A stretch of DNA of 64,000 nt from an uncultured Candidatus Thioglobus sp. Lineage in GTDB: Bacteria > Pseudomonadota > Gammaproteobacteria > PS1 > Pseudothioglobaceae. The stretch lies in NCBI GenBank assembly GCA_905620445.1, contig CAJQTP010000001.1, positions 13,360 through 77,359 on the forward strand, written 5' to 3'. This document shows, piece by piece, positions 12,377-23,408 of this stretch (positions within the stretch are counted from its first letter, which is position 1; every line of letters starts with the position of its first letter). A program made the translations under genes and the position numbers. The notes below the pieces were generated by a model, which saw only the letters and a program-made list of their open reading frames with translations, ran no database searches and was not told the origin of the DNA.

Positions 12377-13061
12377 AACAGTTGGTGATGGCCCAAGCCT
12401 AGTCTTATTACATGGCTGGGCCTTTAATAGCGATATTTTCCAAAACCTAGTAGATAAATATAAGGCAAACTACCGCGTAACAGTTATTGACCTTCCTGGT
12501 CATGGCAGAAGTAATGATATAGATGGTGATATCGAAAGCTGGTGTAATGAGATAATCAAGCTAATACCTGAAAAATCAACCCTAGTTGGCTGGTCTTTGG
12601 GGGGCTTATTATCAACTTATCTCGCTAGTAAAATAGACCTCAAAAAGCTAATTCTAGTTGCTGCAACACCGTGCCTTGTAAATAACGAATCCTGGAATTA
12701 TGGAATAAATAGTGAAATTTTTAATCAATTTGCAATTAATTTAAAAAATGATAGCACTAAATCACTTAAGCGCTTTGTGAGTCTTCAAAGTAAAGATAAA
12801 TCTCAACTCCAAGAACTTTACAATTCACTTCAAAAATACCCAGCCTCTATAAGCGCCCTAAATAATGGATTAGAAATAATTATTAACTCTGATTTACGGG
12901 ATAATTATGAAAAACTCACAATACCTAAAGCGGCAATCCTTGGCTCTCTAGATACTTTAGTGCCAGTTAAAATTAAAGAGTGGTATGAGAAAGCAGGTTC
13001 AACAACCTCTGTTATTCGATCTGGACATCTTCCTTTTTTAGATAAAAACTTTAAACTTTGA
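12363..13061 (+). CDS. bioH: Pimeloyl-ACP methyl ester carboxylesterase (alpha/beta hydrolase)
   Basis: 'LLHGWA', 'DLPGHG', GWSLGG nucleophile elbow, 'GHLPF'; adjacent to bioF. Confidence 0.85.
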   Translation: MLWHRTVGDGPSLVLLHGWAFNSDIFQNLVDKYKANYRVTVIDLPGHGRSNDIDGDIESWCNEIIKLIPEKSTLVGWSLGGLLSTYLASKIDLKKLILVAATPCLVNNESWNYGINSEIFNQFAINLKNDSTKSLKRFVSLQSKDKSQLQELYNSLQKYPASISALNNGLEIIINSDLRDNYEKLTIPKAAILGSLDTLVPVKIKEWYEKAGSTTSVIRSGHLPFLDKNFKL

Positions 13062-13146
13062 TCACCAACTAAATCAAGATTAGTTTCACCTCTAATAACT
13101 ATATTGTTTTTGGTATAATTTAATTCATTTCCTCATCAAAATTAAA

Positions 13147-13635
13147 ATGAGTGCATTAGTCGGAGTTATTATGGGCTCAAAGTCAGATTGGCCCACAATG
13201 AAAAGTGCTACTGAGATGCTTGAAGAATTTGGCGTTCCTTATGAGGTCAAGGTTGTATCAGCCCATCGCACTCCTGATTTAATGTTTGAGTACGCTGAAA
13301 CCGCTCAAGCTAGAGGCCTTGAGGTCATAATAGCTGGTGCTGGAGGCTCTGCTCACTTGCCTGGAATGGTTGCATCAAAAACAATTGTGCCAGTCTTAGG
13401 AGTCCCAGTTCAATCTAAGGCTTTAAGTGGTCAAGACTCATTGTTATCAATCGTGCAGATGCCTGGAGGAATTCCTGTAGGAACACTAGCCATCGGAGAA
13501 GCTGGCGCAAAAAATGCTGGCATTTTAGCAGCGCAAATTGTGGGTAACCATAACGAGGTAGTAAGACAAAAGGTATTAGAATTTCGTTTAGAGCAAACTC
13601 AAAGTGTCCTAAACAATCCCAACCCTGAGAAATAA
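13147..13635 (+). CDS. purE: N5-CAIR mutase
   Basis: 'IMGSKSD', 'SAHRTP', '[11 protein letters not shown]', 'QMPGG'. Confidence 0.97.
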   Translation: MSALVGVIMGSKSDWPTMKSATEMLEEFGVPYEVKVVSAHRTPDLMFEYAETAQARGLEVIIAGAGGSAHLPGMVASKTIVPVLGVPVQSKALSGQDSLLSIVQMPGGIPVGTLAIGEAGAKNAGILAAQIVGNHNEVVRQKVLEFRLEQTQSVLNNPNPEK

Positions 13636-13638
13636 CTT

Positions 13639-14727
13639 ATGAAAATTGGGGTGCTTGGTTCGGGTCAATTAGGGAGAATGCTTGCACTATCGGCATATCC
13701 ATTAGGCCACCAAATGAGATTTTTAGCATTATCAGAAGACGAGCCGTCTTCACTTCTTGGCAAGACATTCATTCACAATAACAATCCAGAAATTTTAAAG
13801 AATTTTGCGGATAGTTCAGACATTGTGACATACGAAAGCGAAAATACAGACGTAACTATTGTTAATAAAATTAATCAAAATACAAAGGTTTATCCCAGTG
13901 ATAAATCCTTATACATTTCTCAACATCGTGGAAGAGAAAAAGCACTTCTTGATAAATTAAAAATACCCTGTGCACCCTATCAGATGGTTAACAGCCTAGA
14001 TGATCTTAAAAGAGCAATTAAGAGTATTGGAATCCCTTCAATTCTAAAAACAGCTACAGATGGTTATGATGGAAAGGGTCAATTTCTAATAAAATCCGAA
14101 ATACAGCTCTATGAAGCATGGGAAAATATGTCCGGTGTAGAGTCTATCCTTGAGGGTTTTATAAACTTTAAACGAGAGCTATCTTTAATAGCTGTTAGAG
14201 GTATAGATGGCAGCCTTGCATACTATCCTTTGGTTGAAAATTCACATCATGAAGGCATACTAAGGCTGACTATAGCTCCTGCACAAAATATCTCAGAGTC
14301 TCTGCAAAAGAGAGCTGAAGGATATATGAGTTCGCTACTCAATGAAATTAAACATGTTGGGGTTTTAACCATTGAGCTGTTTGAGTCTGATAGTGGACTT
14401 CTAGTTAATGAGATAGCCCCAAGAGTACATAATTCTGGCCATTGGACAATTGAAGGTGCACAAACCTCTCAATTTGAAAATCATATAAGAGCAATTACAG
14501 AGTCGCCTTTAGGGCAAACGACTAGTACCAAAAAGTTTAGTGCTATGATTAATATAATTGGAGTTCATGGGCCTATTCAAAAAGCACTTAAAACTAAAAG
14601 CGCCCACCTTCATTTATACGACAAAGAAGAACGTACTGGACGAAAGTTGGGTCATATAACTATTACTTCTAATTCAATTGATGATTTAAATCAATCGATA
14701 GACAACTTAAAAGAGTATTTACCTTAA
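13639..14727 (+). CDS. purK: N5-CAIR synthase
   Basis: 'GSGQLGRM', 'GYDGKGQ', 'NEIAPRVHNSGHWT', 'RKLGH'. Confidence 0.97.
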   Translation: MKIGVLGSGQLGRMLALSAYPLGHQMRFLALSEDEPSSLLGKTFIHNNNPEILKNFADSSDIVTYESENTDVTIVNKINQNTKVYPSDKSLYISQHRGREKALLDKLKIPCAPYQMVNSLDDLKRAIKSIGIPSILKTATDGYDGKGQFLIKSEIQLYEAWENMSGVESILEGFINFKRELSLIAVRGIDGSLAYYPLVENSHHEGILRLTIAPAQNISESLQKRAEGYMSSLLNEIKHVGVLTIELFESDSGLLVNEIAPRVHNSGHWTIEGAQTSQFENHIRAITESPLGQTTSTKKFSAMINIIGVHGPIQKALKTKSAHLHLYDKEERTGRKLGHITITSNSIDDLNQSIDNLKEYLP

Positions 14728-15101
14728 TCCTCATTAAGGTCAATAAGGCTACCCCCAATTCCACTGCTTAGCTCTTCTTGATAAAACTGCTCTGCTAGTT
14801 TCGATTCATAGTGATATGCTGATAATTCACTCACCTCAACGCCTGCTAAGAATTGACAAACATGAATCATTTCATGGCACAGGGTGATAATGAACTTTTT
14901 CTTATCTAATGACTCTTCAATTTCTATAAAGAACTTTCTATCCCCTTCATAGTCTGTCCAGGCAAGGGCGCCATCAACTTTTTGAATAATTAGGTCAATA
15001 TTTGGGGTGTTATTTGCTTGAAACAAGCCGTTACTGCAAAAGTTAAAAAGCTGCTGTGAAAGCTCTATTTGCTCTTTATTGCCGCCTCGAATATAAAGCA
15101 T
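14724..15101 (-). CDS. Hypothetical protein with HExxH zincin-like motif
   Basis: 'TLCHEMIHVCQ' plus downstream 'ELSAY'; fills the gap between genes and overlaps the purK stop by 4 bp. Confidence 0.7.
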   Translation of the reverse strand: MLYIRGGNKEQIELSQQLFNFCSNGLFQANNTPNIDLIIQKVDGALAWTDYEGDRKFFIEIEESLDKKKFIITLCHEMIHVCQFLAGVEVSELSAYHYESKLAEQFYQEELSSGIGGSLIDLNED

Positions 15102-15125
15102 TTTTACAAAAACTCACATGGTTTA

Positions 15126-15494
15126 TTAAAAGCGTTCATCCAAGTACTTGATAATATCATTTGATTCATAAATCCAACTCGCCTCACCAGCAACCTCTAC
15201 CTTTAAACATGGAACTTTGATCTTTCCACCGCTTAATTCAAGCTCTTTTCTGAACTCACCAGCTGCCTGCGCATTGCGAGTCTCAACTTTAAGATTTAAA
15301 CGTTTAATCGCTCTTCTAGTCTTAACACAAAATGGACACGCATAGAATTGGTAAAGCTTTAAGGTTTTTGTCTCCAGGTCAACCTTAACTTGCTCTTCAT
15401 CACTTCTTTTTACTACTGAAGGTTTAAATAGCCAATCAATTAAGATTAATATTCTGCCTGAGCCTTCTCTTAACAATCTCAGAAAAAATCTCAT
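15126..15494 (-). CDS. Glutaredoxin / GST N-terminal domain protein
   Basis: CPFC motif, 'KVPCL', 'YESNDII'. Confidence 0.85.
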   Translation of the reverse strand: MRFFLRLLREGSGRILILIDWLFKPSVVKRSDEEQVKVDLETKTLKLYQFYACPFCVKTRRAIKRLNLKVETRNAQAAGEFRKELELSGGKIKVPCLKVEVAGEASWIYESNDIIKYLDERF

Positions 15495-16324
15495 AAGTTC
15501 TGCCTATATGCTATCAATGTATTTTCTAGAAGCGTTGCAATAGTCATTGGTCCAACTCCACCAGGAACAGGAGTTATAGCTCCAGCTATATCTTTAACTG
15601 CATCAAAATCAACATCTCCAACAAGAGAGCCATCTTCCAGTCGGTTAATGCCAATATCAATAACGATGGCTCCATCTTTAACCCAATCACCTTTAACCAT
15701 TTTTGGAATTCCAACGCCAACTACAACAATATCTGCCTGCTTAACTTTTTCCGCCACATTTTTAGTTTTACTATTACAAATAGTCACAGTTCCTCTTGCA
15801 TTTAGAAGCTCCATTGCCATAGGCCTGCCTACAATATTTGAAGCACCAATAACTACACAATTCATACCTTCGACCTCGCAACCAACTGATGCCAGCATTG
15901 TCATAACGCCCTTGGGAGTGCATGGCCTTAAGTGGGATTTATTCTGCATTAATTTTCCAATATTTTCACTATGAAACCCATCAACATCTTTATATGGTGA
16001 GATGTGCTCAATAACTTTATTCGCATCAATATGACTAGGTAAAGGAAGCTGAACTAAAATACCATCGATATGAGGGTTATTATTAAGCCGCTCAACTTCT
16101 TCCAAGAGTTGCTCTTCAGTCGTATTCTCTGACTTAACAATCTTGTCTGAAAAAAAACCTGCTTGCTTACATGCAAGCTCTTTATTTTTTACATATACTG
16201 CTGATGCGGGATCTTCTCCCACTAAAATTACAGCAAGACCTGGAGGTCGCTGAAGCGTTTTGACTTCTTCAGCAATTTTTAAACGTAGATTTTTTGCAAT
16301 CTCTTTACCATCAATAATATTCAT
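15491..16324 (-). CDS. folD: Methylenetetrahydrofolate dehydrogenase/cyclohydrolase
   Basis: 'QLPLP', 'KDVDG', 'PCTP', 'TPVPGGVGPMT'. Confidence 0.97.
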   Translation of the reverse strand: MNIIDGKEIAKNLRLKIAEEVKTLQRPPGLAVILVGEDPASAVYVKNKELACKQAGFFSDKIVKSENTTEEQLLEEVERLNNNPHIDGILVQLPLPSHIDANKVIEHISPYKDVDGFHSENIGKLMQNKSHLRPCTPKGVMTMLASVGCEVEGMNCVVIGASNIVGRPMAMELLNARGTVTICNSKTKNVAEKVKQADIVVVGVGIPKMVKGDWVKDGAIVIDIGINRLEDGSLVGDVDFDAVKDIAGAITPVPGGVGPMTIATLLENTLIAYRQNL

Positions 16325-17058
16325 TTTTTTAATTCCTTTTTAACTTTTTTTAAATCACTTTCTGTATCAACTCCATACCCTGTTGAAGCACAAGAAATAT
16401 CAACATTAATATCAATTCCTTGGTTTAATATAGTTAATTGTTCCAGTTTCTCAGCTAGTTCAAGATCAGACTTACCCATTTGGAAATACTTCTTTAAAAA
16501 ACTAACACGATAAGCATATAAACCAATATGTCGAAAACAAAAATCCAAATTAATCTCACTACTGTTCCTAAAGGCAGGGATAGGCGATCTTGAAAAGTAC
16601 AAAGCTTTGCCGCGCGAATTATATACGACTTTAACGCAATTTAGATCAAAGTAAGACTCTTCACTTTCAATTTTTTCACATAACGTTGCAACACTCATAC
16701 CACTATTAATCAAATTAGATGCTACTTGATTGATTGCATCAGGACTCATCATTGGCTCATCACCCTGAACATTAACAACGACCTCATCATCATTAAAATC
16801 TAGAGAAGAGACTACTTCAAATAAGCGAGATGTTCCAGATGTGTGGCTTGGGTCAGTCATACAAACTTCAGCGCCAAACTCTTTAGCAATCACACTTATT
16901 CTTTCATCATCCGTTGCAATAATTACGCGATGTGCGTTACTCTTAATTGCATTTGAGTAAGTGTGCTCAATAAGTGTTTTACCATTTATATTTTCTAATA
17001 GCTTTGCCGGTAAACGGCTTGAAGCATATCGAGCAGGGATAATAATGGAAAAATCCAT
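16321..17058 (-). CDS. kdsB: CMP-KDO synthetase
   Basis: 'IPARYASSRLP', 'NVQGDEP', 'LYFSR', 'EKLEQL'. Confidence 0.97.
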   Translation of the reverse strand: MDFSIIIPARYASSRLPAKLLENINGKTLIEHTYSNAIKSNAHRVIIATDDERISVIAKEFGAEVCMTDPSHTSGTSRLFEVVSSLDFNDDEVVVNVQGDEPMMSPDAINQVASNLINSGMSVATLCEKIESEESYFDLNCVKVVYNSRGKALYFSRSPIPAFRNSSEINLDFCFRHIGLYAYRVSFLKKYFQMGKSDLELAEKLEQLTILNQGIDINVDISCASTGYGVDTESDLKKVKKELKK

Positions 17059-17228
17059 TATTTTTCAGAATTAATTTTTCGGGCCTCTTCTACTAGAAGA
17101 ATTGGAATGCCGTCTAGGATCGGGTAGGCTAATTGACTTTTTTCACACACTAGTTCTTCGCCAACTAACTTTAAAGGCGCTTTACTTTGAGGGCAAACCA
17201 ACATTTTTAATAAATTTTTATCGATCAC
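17058..17228 (-). CDS. ycaR: Trm112-family (YcaR-like) small protein, 56 aa
   Basis: Missed by the track. GTG at 17228 gives MIDKNLLKMLVCPQSKAPLKLVGEELVCEKSQLAYPILDGIPILLVEEARKINSEK*; canonical lpxK-ycaR-kdsB order, overlapping both neighbours. Confidence 0.92.
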   Translation of the reverse strand: MIDKNLLKMLVCPQSKAPLKLVGEELVCEKSQLAYPILDGIPILLVEEARKINSEK

Positions 17229-18193
17229 AATTTAGACTCCATTTGATGATAAAACTCAGGACTAATTTTTGCACTAACTGCCAAATACCACATTTGATTT
17301 GTTGCAAACTGTTTACATTTTACACAATCCTTAGATGTCATAAGGATTGGATAGTCATCCTTAAACTCTACATCCTTCTGAATAAAAGGATGATGGTCTG
17401 CAAATGTTGTAGTAATTAAATTAACGCCAAGTTTTTCAAGCAGTGAATAAAAATTATCTGGCTTTCCAATTCCTGAAACTGCAAAGCATTTTTTACCATT
17501 AAAGTAGTCTAGATCTTTTACTTCATTAGTAAGCAAATTTATATAGCACTCTGCCTCAATTTGGCAAGATATCTCTCCGTCTGCCTTAGAGCCATTATTT
17601 ATAATAAAATCAACAGATTTAAGTCTTTTTTTTGTCTCCCTGAGTGGCCCTGCTGGAAGAAGCAATCCATTTCCAAAACGATTGTGTCCGTCTATAACTG
17701 CAATTTCAATATCACGTCCCATGGCGTAATGCTGAAGACCATCGTCACTAATAATTAGATCTACTGAATGGTTTTCAATTAAAGACTTTACCGCCTTGCT
17801 TCTTTTTTTAGCAACTACAACAAAAGCGTCAGTTTCTTGCTTTATTAATAAGGGTTCATCACCACACTCAATTGGGTCACTCATCAAAGTAACTTCCAGG
17901 GATTCTTGTGTATACTTTCCTCCGTAACCTCTGGATACAACTCCTACTTTTTTATTCTGAGACGAAAAATAATTAGCAATTGCAATTACAATTGGAGTCT
18001 TACCAGTTCCACCTGCTGTTATATTACCCACTACTATTACTGGCAATGGTGAAACGTTAACTTTTAATATCCCTAGCTTATATAGCCAAAGACGTATATT
18101 GAAAAAAATGGAAAAAACAACAGAAAAAGGAAGAAGCAAAAAGTTAACCAAACCAAACTTACTATGATTGATAAAACTTGCATTACTTGACAT
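17225..18193 (-). CDS. lpxK: Tetraacyldisaccharide 4'-kinase; start probably the ATG at 18193 (track start 18244)
   Basis: 'VGNITAGGTGKTP', 'SRGYG', 'GDEP', 'DDGLQH', 'PAGPLRE'. Confidence 0.95.
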   Translation of the reverse strand: MSSNASFINHSKFGLVNFLLLPFSVVFSIFFNIRLWLYKLGILKVNVSPLPVIVVGNITAGGTGKTPIVIAIANYFSSQNKKVGVVSRGYGGKYTQESLEVTLMSDPIECGDEPLLIKQETDAFVVVAKKRSKAVKSLIENHSVDLIISDDGLQHYAMGRDIEIAVIDGHNRFGNGLLLPAGPLRETKKRLKSVDFIINNGSKADGEISCQIEAECYINLLTNEVKDLDYFNGKKCFAVSGIGKPDNFYSLLEKLGVNLITTTFADHHPFIQKDVEFKDDYPILMTSKDCVKCKQFATNQMWYLAVSAKISPEFYHQMESKL

Positions 18194-18246
18194 TTTGATA
18201 ACTTTAATCACTTTTAAAACTTTAATTATGACAAAATATTCCAACC

Positions 18247-19482
18247 ATGAGTGTTGAATTTCATATTTCTAACCAATATTTAAGATCTAATCGAAAAAAA
18301 GGCTTTGTTTCTTTTATTTCTGGCGTATCTATGGTTGGCCTAATTCTAGCTGTCATGTCTCTTATTACTGTCTTATCTGTAATGAATGGTTTCCATGAAG
18401 AGCTAATGAATCGAGTTTTAAATACGATTTCCCATTCTTACATAACAGAATCTGATGATACGCTTGAAAATTGGCAAGATCTTAGAAAAAAAATTAACTC
18501 GCAGGATCAAATTATCGCGTCCTCCCCCTTTGTTGAAGACTTTGCTTTAATGACTTCAAAAAATGCCTCGCAAGGAGTTAGCGTAAGAGGTGTTCTTATA
18601 GATTTAGAATCCACAACCTCTGCTCTACTAGATGACATTAAGTATGGCACCCTTAATTTAGATGAAGATGAATCATCAATATTAATTGGTGTTGGCCTAG
18701 CAACAGCAATGGGCACAGGGATTGGAGATAAACTTACTCTTATAGCGCCCGCAAGAAACTCAATTGGGCTGTTAGTTCCTCAGTCACAATCATACACGGT
18801 AGGTGGAATATTCAATGCAGGCGTCAATGATTACAATAATGGCTTGGCATTTATACACCTTTATGATGCCCAAGATTTATTTGGTCTCGGAAATCAAGTA
18901 TCTGGGATTCGCCTCAAGGTAGACAACCTATTTGAAGCAAATAAGATCACTGAGAGCGTAATCCAATCTTTAGGAGATGGTTATTATGGCGTTGATTGGA
19001 TGCAACAACAACGAAATTTTATTAGAGCTTTGAATCTGGAAAAGCAAATGATTGCAATTATTCTTTCGCTGATTATTGCTATTGCTGCTTTTAATATAGT
19101 ATCTATGATGGTTATGGTAGTTACAGACAAAAAGTCTGACATAGCAATTCTAAGAACCATTGGAATGACTCCAAAAAGAATTGTAAGGATATTCTTTTAT
19201 CAGGGGCTCAGTATTGGCATTATTGGTATTACTATTGGAACAATTCTTGGATTAATATTAGCTCTGAATATCGAATCTGTTATTTCTGGAATTGAAAGTA
19301 TTATCGGCTTCCAGTTTTTCCCTAAAGATTTGTTTTACATTAGTCGATTTCCATCAAAGATTCTACTAAGTGATGTCATTAGTATAGTTCTGGGCGCTTT
19401 TATATTGGTAATTATTGCAGCCGTTTATCCAGCAAAACGTGCTGGAAAAGTTAATATTTCAGAGGTTTTGAGGCATGAGTAA
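18247..19482 (+). CDS. lolC: Lipoprotein-releasing ABC transporter permease (LolC/E)
   Basis: 'VLSVMNGF', 'AAFNIVS', 'DIAILRTIG', 'YPAKRA'; directly upstream of lolD. Confidence 0.92.
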   Translation: MSVEFHISNQYLRSNRKKGFVSFISGVSMVGLILAVMSLITVLSVMNGFHEELMNRVLNTISHSYITESDDTLENWQDLRKKINSQDQIIASSPFVEDFALMTSKNASQGVSVRGVLIDLESTTSALLDDIKYGTLNLDEDESSILIGVGLATAMGTGIGDKLTLIAPARNSIGLLVPQSQSYTVGGIFNAGVNDYNNGLAFIHLYDAQDLFGLGNQVSGIRLKVDNLFEANKITESVIQSLGDGYYGVDWMQQQRNFIRALNLEKQMIAIILSLIIAIAAFNIVSMMVMVVTDKKSDIAILRTIGMTPKRIVRIFFYQGLSIGIIGITIGTILGLILALNIESVISGIESIIGFQFFPKDLFYISRFPSKILLSDVISIVLGAFILVIIAAVYPAKRAGKVNISEVLRHE

Positions 19483-20152
19483 TATAATTGAATGTCGTTC
19501 TGTTAGCTTTTCATACAATGAGGGCAATAATAAAACAGAAGTTTTAAAAAACTTAAATTTTGAAATTAAGTCTGGAGAAACAACTGCAATTATTGGCCAA
19601 TCAGGATGTGGAAAATCAACGTTACTTAATCTAATGGCTGGTCTTGACACTCCTACTGAAGGTGTTATGCTTATTGATAACACCAATATTTCAAAAATAA
19701 GTGAAACAGATCGAACGGATTTACGTGCCAAGAACCTTGGTTTTGTGTATCAATTTCATCACTTACTAAATGACTTTCCTGCAATATACAATGTTGCTTT
19801 GCCTCTTTTAATTATGGGCAGTGATAAAAATGAAGCACTACTCAAATCTAAAAAAATATTAACAAAAGTTGGGCTTGAAAATAGATTAAATCACAAGCCT
19901 TCTGAGCTATCAGGAGGAGAGAGACAAAGGGTTGCAATCGCAAGAGCCATGATAACTGAACCAGTTTGCCTATTAGCAGATGAGCCTACAGGAAATTTAG
20001 ATGCGGCAAATGCAGCAGAAGTTTTAGAACTAATCATAGAGCTAAACAAAAACAAAACTACAGCACTGTTAATTGTTACTCATGATCTATCTATTGCAAA
20101 TAAGATGGGTAGGAAGCTTACTTTATCCAATAGTGAAATTCACGAAACATAA
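19475..20152 (+). CDS. lolD: Lipoprotein-releasing ABC transporter ATPase
   Basis: GQSGCGKST, 'GFVYQFHHLL', 'LSGGERQRVAIARA', 'DEPTGNLD'. Confidence 0.93.
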   Translation: MSNIIECRSVSFSYNEGNNKTEVLKNLNFEIKSGETTAIIGQSGCGKSTLLNLMAGLDTPTEGVMLIDNTNISKISETDRTDLRAKNLGFVYQFHHLLNDFPAIYNVALPLLIMGSDKNEALLKSKKILTKVGLENRLNHKPSELSGGERQRVAIARAMITEPVCLLADEPTGNLDAANAAEVLELIIELNKNKTTALLIVTHDLSIANKMGRKLTLSNSEIHET

Positions 20153-20218
20153 ATCTAGTTTGTTTTTCGGTAATCATTTAGCTTTTCAATTTGGGGTCTC
20201 AAAGACTTAAGTGAATTA

Positions 20219-21349
20219 CTAGCCTAGAAATTGAATCATTATACCTGCAGCGATTGCTGATCCTATAACGCCAGCCACATTTGGCCCCATTGCATGCATA
20301 AGTAGAAAATTATTTGAATCAGACTCAAGACCAACTTTATTAGAGACACGGGCAGCCATTGGAACTGCAGAAACTCCTGCAGACCCAATTAATGGATTAA
20401 TTTTATTTTTACTAAATACATTCATCAGCTTTGCCATTAACAAGCCACACATTGTGCCAATTGAAAAAGCAACCAAGCCCAATAATAGTATTCCTAAAGT
20501 ATCCAGTTGAAGAAATTTATCAGCCATCAACTTTGAGCCCACCGCAAGGCCAAGAAAAATAGTCACGATATTAATTAAAGCATTCTGTGTAGTGTCACTT
20601 AAGCGGTCAACAACACCAGATTCTTTCATTAGATTACCAAAAGCGAACATTCCTAATAAAGGAGCAGCAGCTGGCAAAAGGAGTGCTACAAGTAAAAGCA
20701 AAATAATTGGGAAAATAATTTTTTCAGTTTTAGAGACCTCACGTAACTGAACCATCTTAATTTTTCTTTCTTTTTCACTAGTCATTGCCCTCATAATTGG
20801 TGGCTGAATAAGAGGAACTAATGCCATATACGAATACGAAGCAACAGCTATTGCTCCTAGCAACTCTGGCGCAAGAATTGAAGCAACATAAATAGAGGTA
20901 GGGCCATCAGCACCCCCAATAATTCCAATTGCGGCAGCTTGTTTCAAACTAAAATCAAACACGCCTAATACGGATAAACCAACGGCACCTAGAAGTGTAG
21001 CAAAAATCCCAAACTGAGCAGCTGCTCCAAGTAAGAGGGTTTTAGGATTAGCGAGAAGAGGCCCAAAATCTGTTAAAGCACCAACACCCATAAAGATTAT
21101 TAGTGGGAAGGCGCCAGACTCAATACCAATCACATAAAACAGATGAAGAATTCCACCATCAATAGCTAAATTTGCCCCCGGAATATTACTTAGAAGAGCA
21201 CCAAAACCAATAGGCAGAAGCAGGAGTGGCTCGAATTTTTTTACAATTGCTAAATAAATCAGCAACATACCGACAAATAGCATAAGACCTTGGCCCCAGT
21301 CCATCTGATATAAACCTGTATTAATCCAAAGTAGCTTTAGTTGCTCCAT
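20219..21349 (-). CDS. oadB: Na+-translocating oxaloacetate decarboxylase beta subunit
   Basis: '[11 protein letters not shown]', 'IIGGADGPT', '[11 protein letters not shown]', 'HAMGPN'. Confidence 0.95.
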   Translation of the reverse strand: MEQLKLLWINTGLYQMDWGQGLMLFVGMLLIYLAIVKKFEPLLLLPIGFGALLSNIPGANLAIDGGILHLFYVIGIESGAFPLIIFMGVGALTDFGPLLANPKTLLLGAAAQFGIFATLLGAVGLSVLGVFDFSLKQAAAIGIIGGADGPTSIYVASILAPELLGAIAVASYSYMALVPLIQPPIMRAMTSEKERKIKMVQLREVSKTEKIIFPIILLLLVALLLPAAAPLLGMFAFGNLMKESGVVDRLSDTTQNALINIVTIFLGLAVGSKLMADKFLQLDTLGILLLGLVAFSIGTMCGLLMAKLMNVFSKNKINPLIGSAGVSAVPMAARVSNKVGLESDSNNFLLMHAMGPNVAGVIGSAIAAGIMIQFLG

Positions 21350-21351
21350 GG

Positions 21352-23148
21352 CTAACCTAAAGAAAGAAGAAGTTGACCAACAGTTACTGAATCACCCTCT
21401 TTAACGCCAACATTTAAAACCACTCCAGAGCACGTTGCTTTGATTTCAGTTTCCATTTTCATAGCCTCTAAAACAAGCAGGGTATCGCCTTTTTTAACAT
21501 TCTGGTTAGGACTAACTAAAATTTTCCAAATAGTTCCCGATAGTGGAGCGGAGACATCCTCCTTTTCATTCGCCACAGGACTTGAATTAACTTGTGAATC
21601 TTGGGAGCTTAATGCCGGTTGATCTGAGGAGCCGCCCATAGATGTTATAGTGCCACCCGCAGAAACATTAACTGTATATGACTTACCTTTAAATGAAACA
21701 GTATATATTCCTTCCTTTTCTCCACTGTCAAGAGAGCTACTTAATGGTTCAGGAACGGGTTCAAAGAAATCTGGGTTGTCTCTATTTTCTAAAAATTTAA
21801 TTCCCACTTGTGGAAAAAGAGCATAAGTCAACAAATCATCAATTTTCTCATCTGCAACCCGAATACCTTTTTCTGTCACAAGTTTATCAAACTCAGCCTC
21901 AAGAATATCTAACTCAGGCTCAATATTATCTGCAGGCCGGCATGTAATAGCCTCTGAACCCTCTAAAACTCTTTGTTGAAGATCTTTATCAACTGGGGCA
22001 GGCGCAGCGCCATACTCGCCTTTTAGTATCCCGGCTGACTCTCTTGTAATAGTTTTATAGCGTTCACCAGTTAGAATATTGAGTACAGATTGAGTACCAA
22101 CAATCTGAGAGGTAGGAGTTACTAGAGGGATATAACCCAAGTCTTTTCGAACTCGAGGTATTTCTAACAAAACTTCATCCATTTTATCAAGTGCATTTTG
22201 CTCTTTTAATTGGCTCTCCATATTAGTCAGCATGCCGCCCGGTACTTGAGATGTTAGAATTCTTGAATCGACACCCTTAAGTGATCCCTCAAACTTAGCA
22301 TATTTAGCTCGGATTGGCTTAAAGTACTGATCAATTTCTTCAAGCTTTTTTAAATCTAAACCAGTTTTACGAGGGCTTGCCTCTAAAATAGAAACAATAG
22401 AATTAGTGGCAGAATGGCTGTAAGTCATACTCATCGAACCAATACAGGTATCAACGCGGTCTATCCCAGCCTCAACAGCCTTAATAATGCAAGCAGTAGA
22501 CAGACCAGTAGTCGCATGCGCATGAAGCTGAATAGGAATATCAATCGCTTTTTTTAATTTTTTAACTAGGTCATAAGCAACATAAGGCTGTAATAAGCCA
22601 GCCATATCCTTAATACATAAAGAATGTGCGCCCATATCTTCAATTTTTTTAGCCATCTCAATCCATAATTCAGTTGTATGGACTGGACTAACTGTATATG
22701 AAATCGTGCCTTGAGCATGCTGGCCAACTTTAACTGTTTGATCAATGGCAGTTTTAAGATTGCGCGTATCATTCATTGCGTCAAATATTCTTAAAACACC
22801 AACACCATTATCAGCACATCTATCAACAAATTTTCTAACTACATCGTCACTATAGTGACGGTAACCCAACAAATTTTGGGCTCTAAGGAGCATTTGTTGA
22901 GGAGTGTTAGGCATAACTTTTTTGATTTCACGTATTCTCTCCCAAGGATCTTCTCCAAGAAAACGAATACAAGCATCAAATGTAGCACCACCCCAAGACT
23001 CCATTGACCAATAACCTATTTTGTCTAATTTTTCTGCAATAGGAAGCATGTCATCAATTCGCATTCTAGTTGCAAAAAGCGATTGATGTCCATCTCTAAG
23101 AACTAGCTCGGTTATTTGGACTGGTTTATTATTTTCTTTGTTAGACAT
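21352..23148 (-). CDS. oadA: Oxaloacetate decarboxylase alpha subunit (carboxyltransferase plus biotin carrier)
   Basis: 'LRDGHQSL', 'KDMAG', 'VPGGM', 'LVTPTSQ', biotinyl 'EAMKM'. Confidence 0.95.
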   Translation of the reverse strand: MSNKENNKPVQITELVLRDGHQSLFATRMRIDDMLPIAEKLDKIGYWSMESWGGATFDACIRFLGEDPWERIREIKKVMPNTPQQMLLRAQNLLGYRHYSDDVVRKFVDRCADNGVGVLRIFDAMNDTRNLKTAIDQTVKVGQHAQGTISYTVSPVHTTELWIEMAKKIEDMGAHSLCIKDMAGLLQPYVAYDLVKKLKKAIDIPIQLHAHATTGLSTACIIKAVEAGIDRVDTCIGSMSMTYSHSATNSIVSILEASPRKTGLDLKKLEEIDQYFKPIRAKYAKFEGSLKGVDSRILTSQVPGGMLTNMESQLKEQNALDKMDEVLLEIPRVRKDLGYIPLVTPTSQIVGTQSVLNILTGERYKTITRESAGILKGEYGAAPAPVDKDLQQRVLEGSEAITCRPADNIEPELDILEAEFDKLVTEKGIRVADEKIDDLLTYALFPQVGIKFLENRDNPDFFEPVPEPLSSSLDSGEKEGIYTVSFKGKSYTVNVSAGGTITSMGGSSDQPALSSQDSQVNSSPVANEKEDVSAPLSGTIWKILVSPNQNVKKGDTLLVLEAMKMETEIKATCSGVVLNVGVKEGDSVTVGQLLLSLG

Positions 23149-23152
23149 ATAG

Positions 23153-23386
23153 TTATCTCTGTGTATGCATTTTTATTGCTGCCTCAATAATTGCTCTTGT
23201 TTTTTCATCAATCTCAATTATTGGGTCAGAATCCAACGCAGAAGCGTCGTTAGTTGCAGGTTGAATTTTTGCTACAAGAAAGGACATTACATTTGTGACA
23301 ACAACCATCAAAGCAAGAAAAACAAAAACGAATCCCATCCCAAACATGGTTAAATTCAGCGCTTCACTTACAAAGTTGTTGTCCAT
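23153..23386 (-). CDS. oadG: Oxaloacetate decarboxylase gamma subunit
   Basis: 'GMGFVFVFL' transmembrane segment, C-terminal 'AIIEAAIKMH'; upstream of oadA. Confidence 0.9.
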   Translation of the reverse strand: MDNNFVSEALNLTMFGMGFVFVFLALMVVVTNVMSFLVAKIQPATNDASALDSDPIIEIDEKTRAIIEAAIKMHTQR

Positions 23387-23408
23387 TTTATTTAGTCCTA
23401 AACAAGTT

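Noticed and set aside
17102-17419. 105-aa + strand ORF in the track
   Set aside because: Antisense to ycaR and lpxK, which explain the sequence.
18194-18244. Repetitive 'KVLKVIKVIK' N-terminal extension of LpxK and ACTTT(T)AA repeats
   Set aside because: Most likely the AT-rich divergent promoter region between lpxK and lolC; the short imperfect repeats do not support a feature call.
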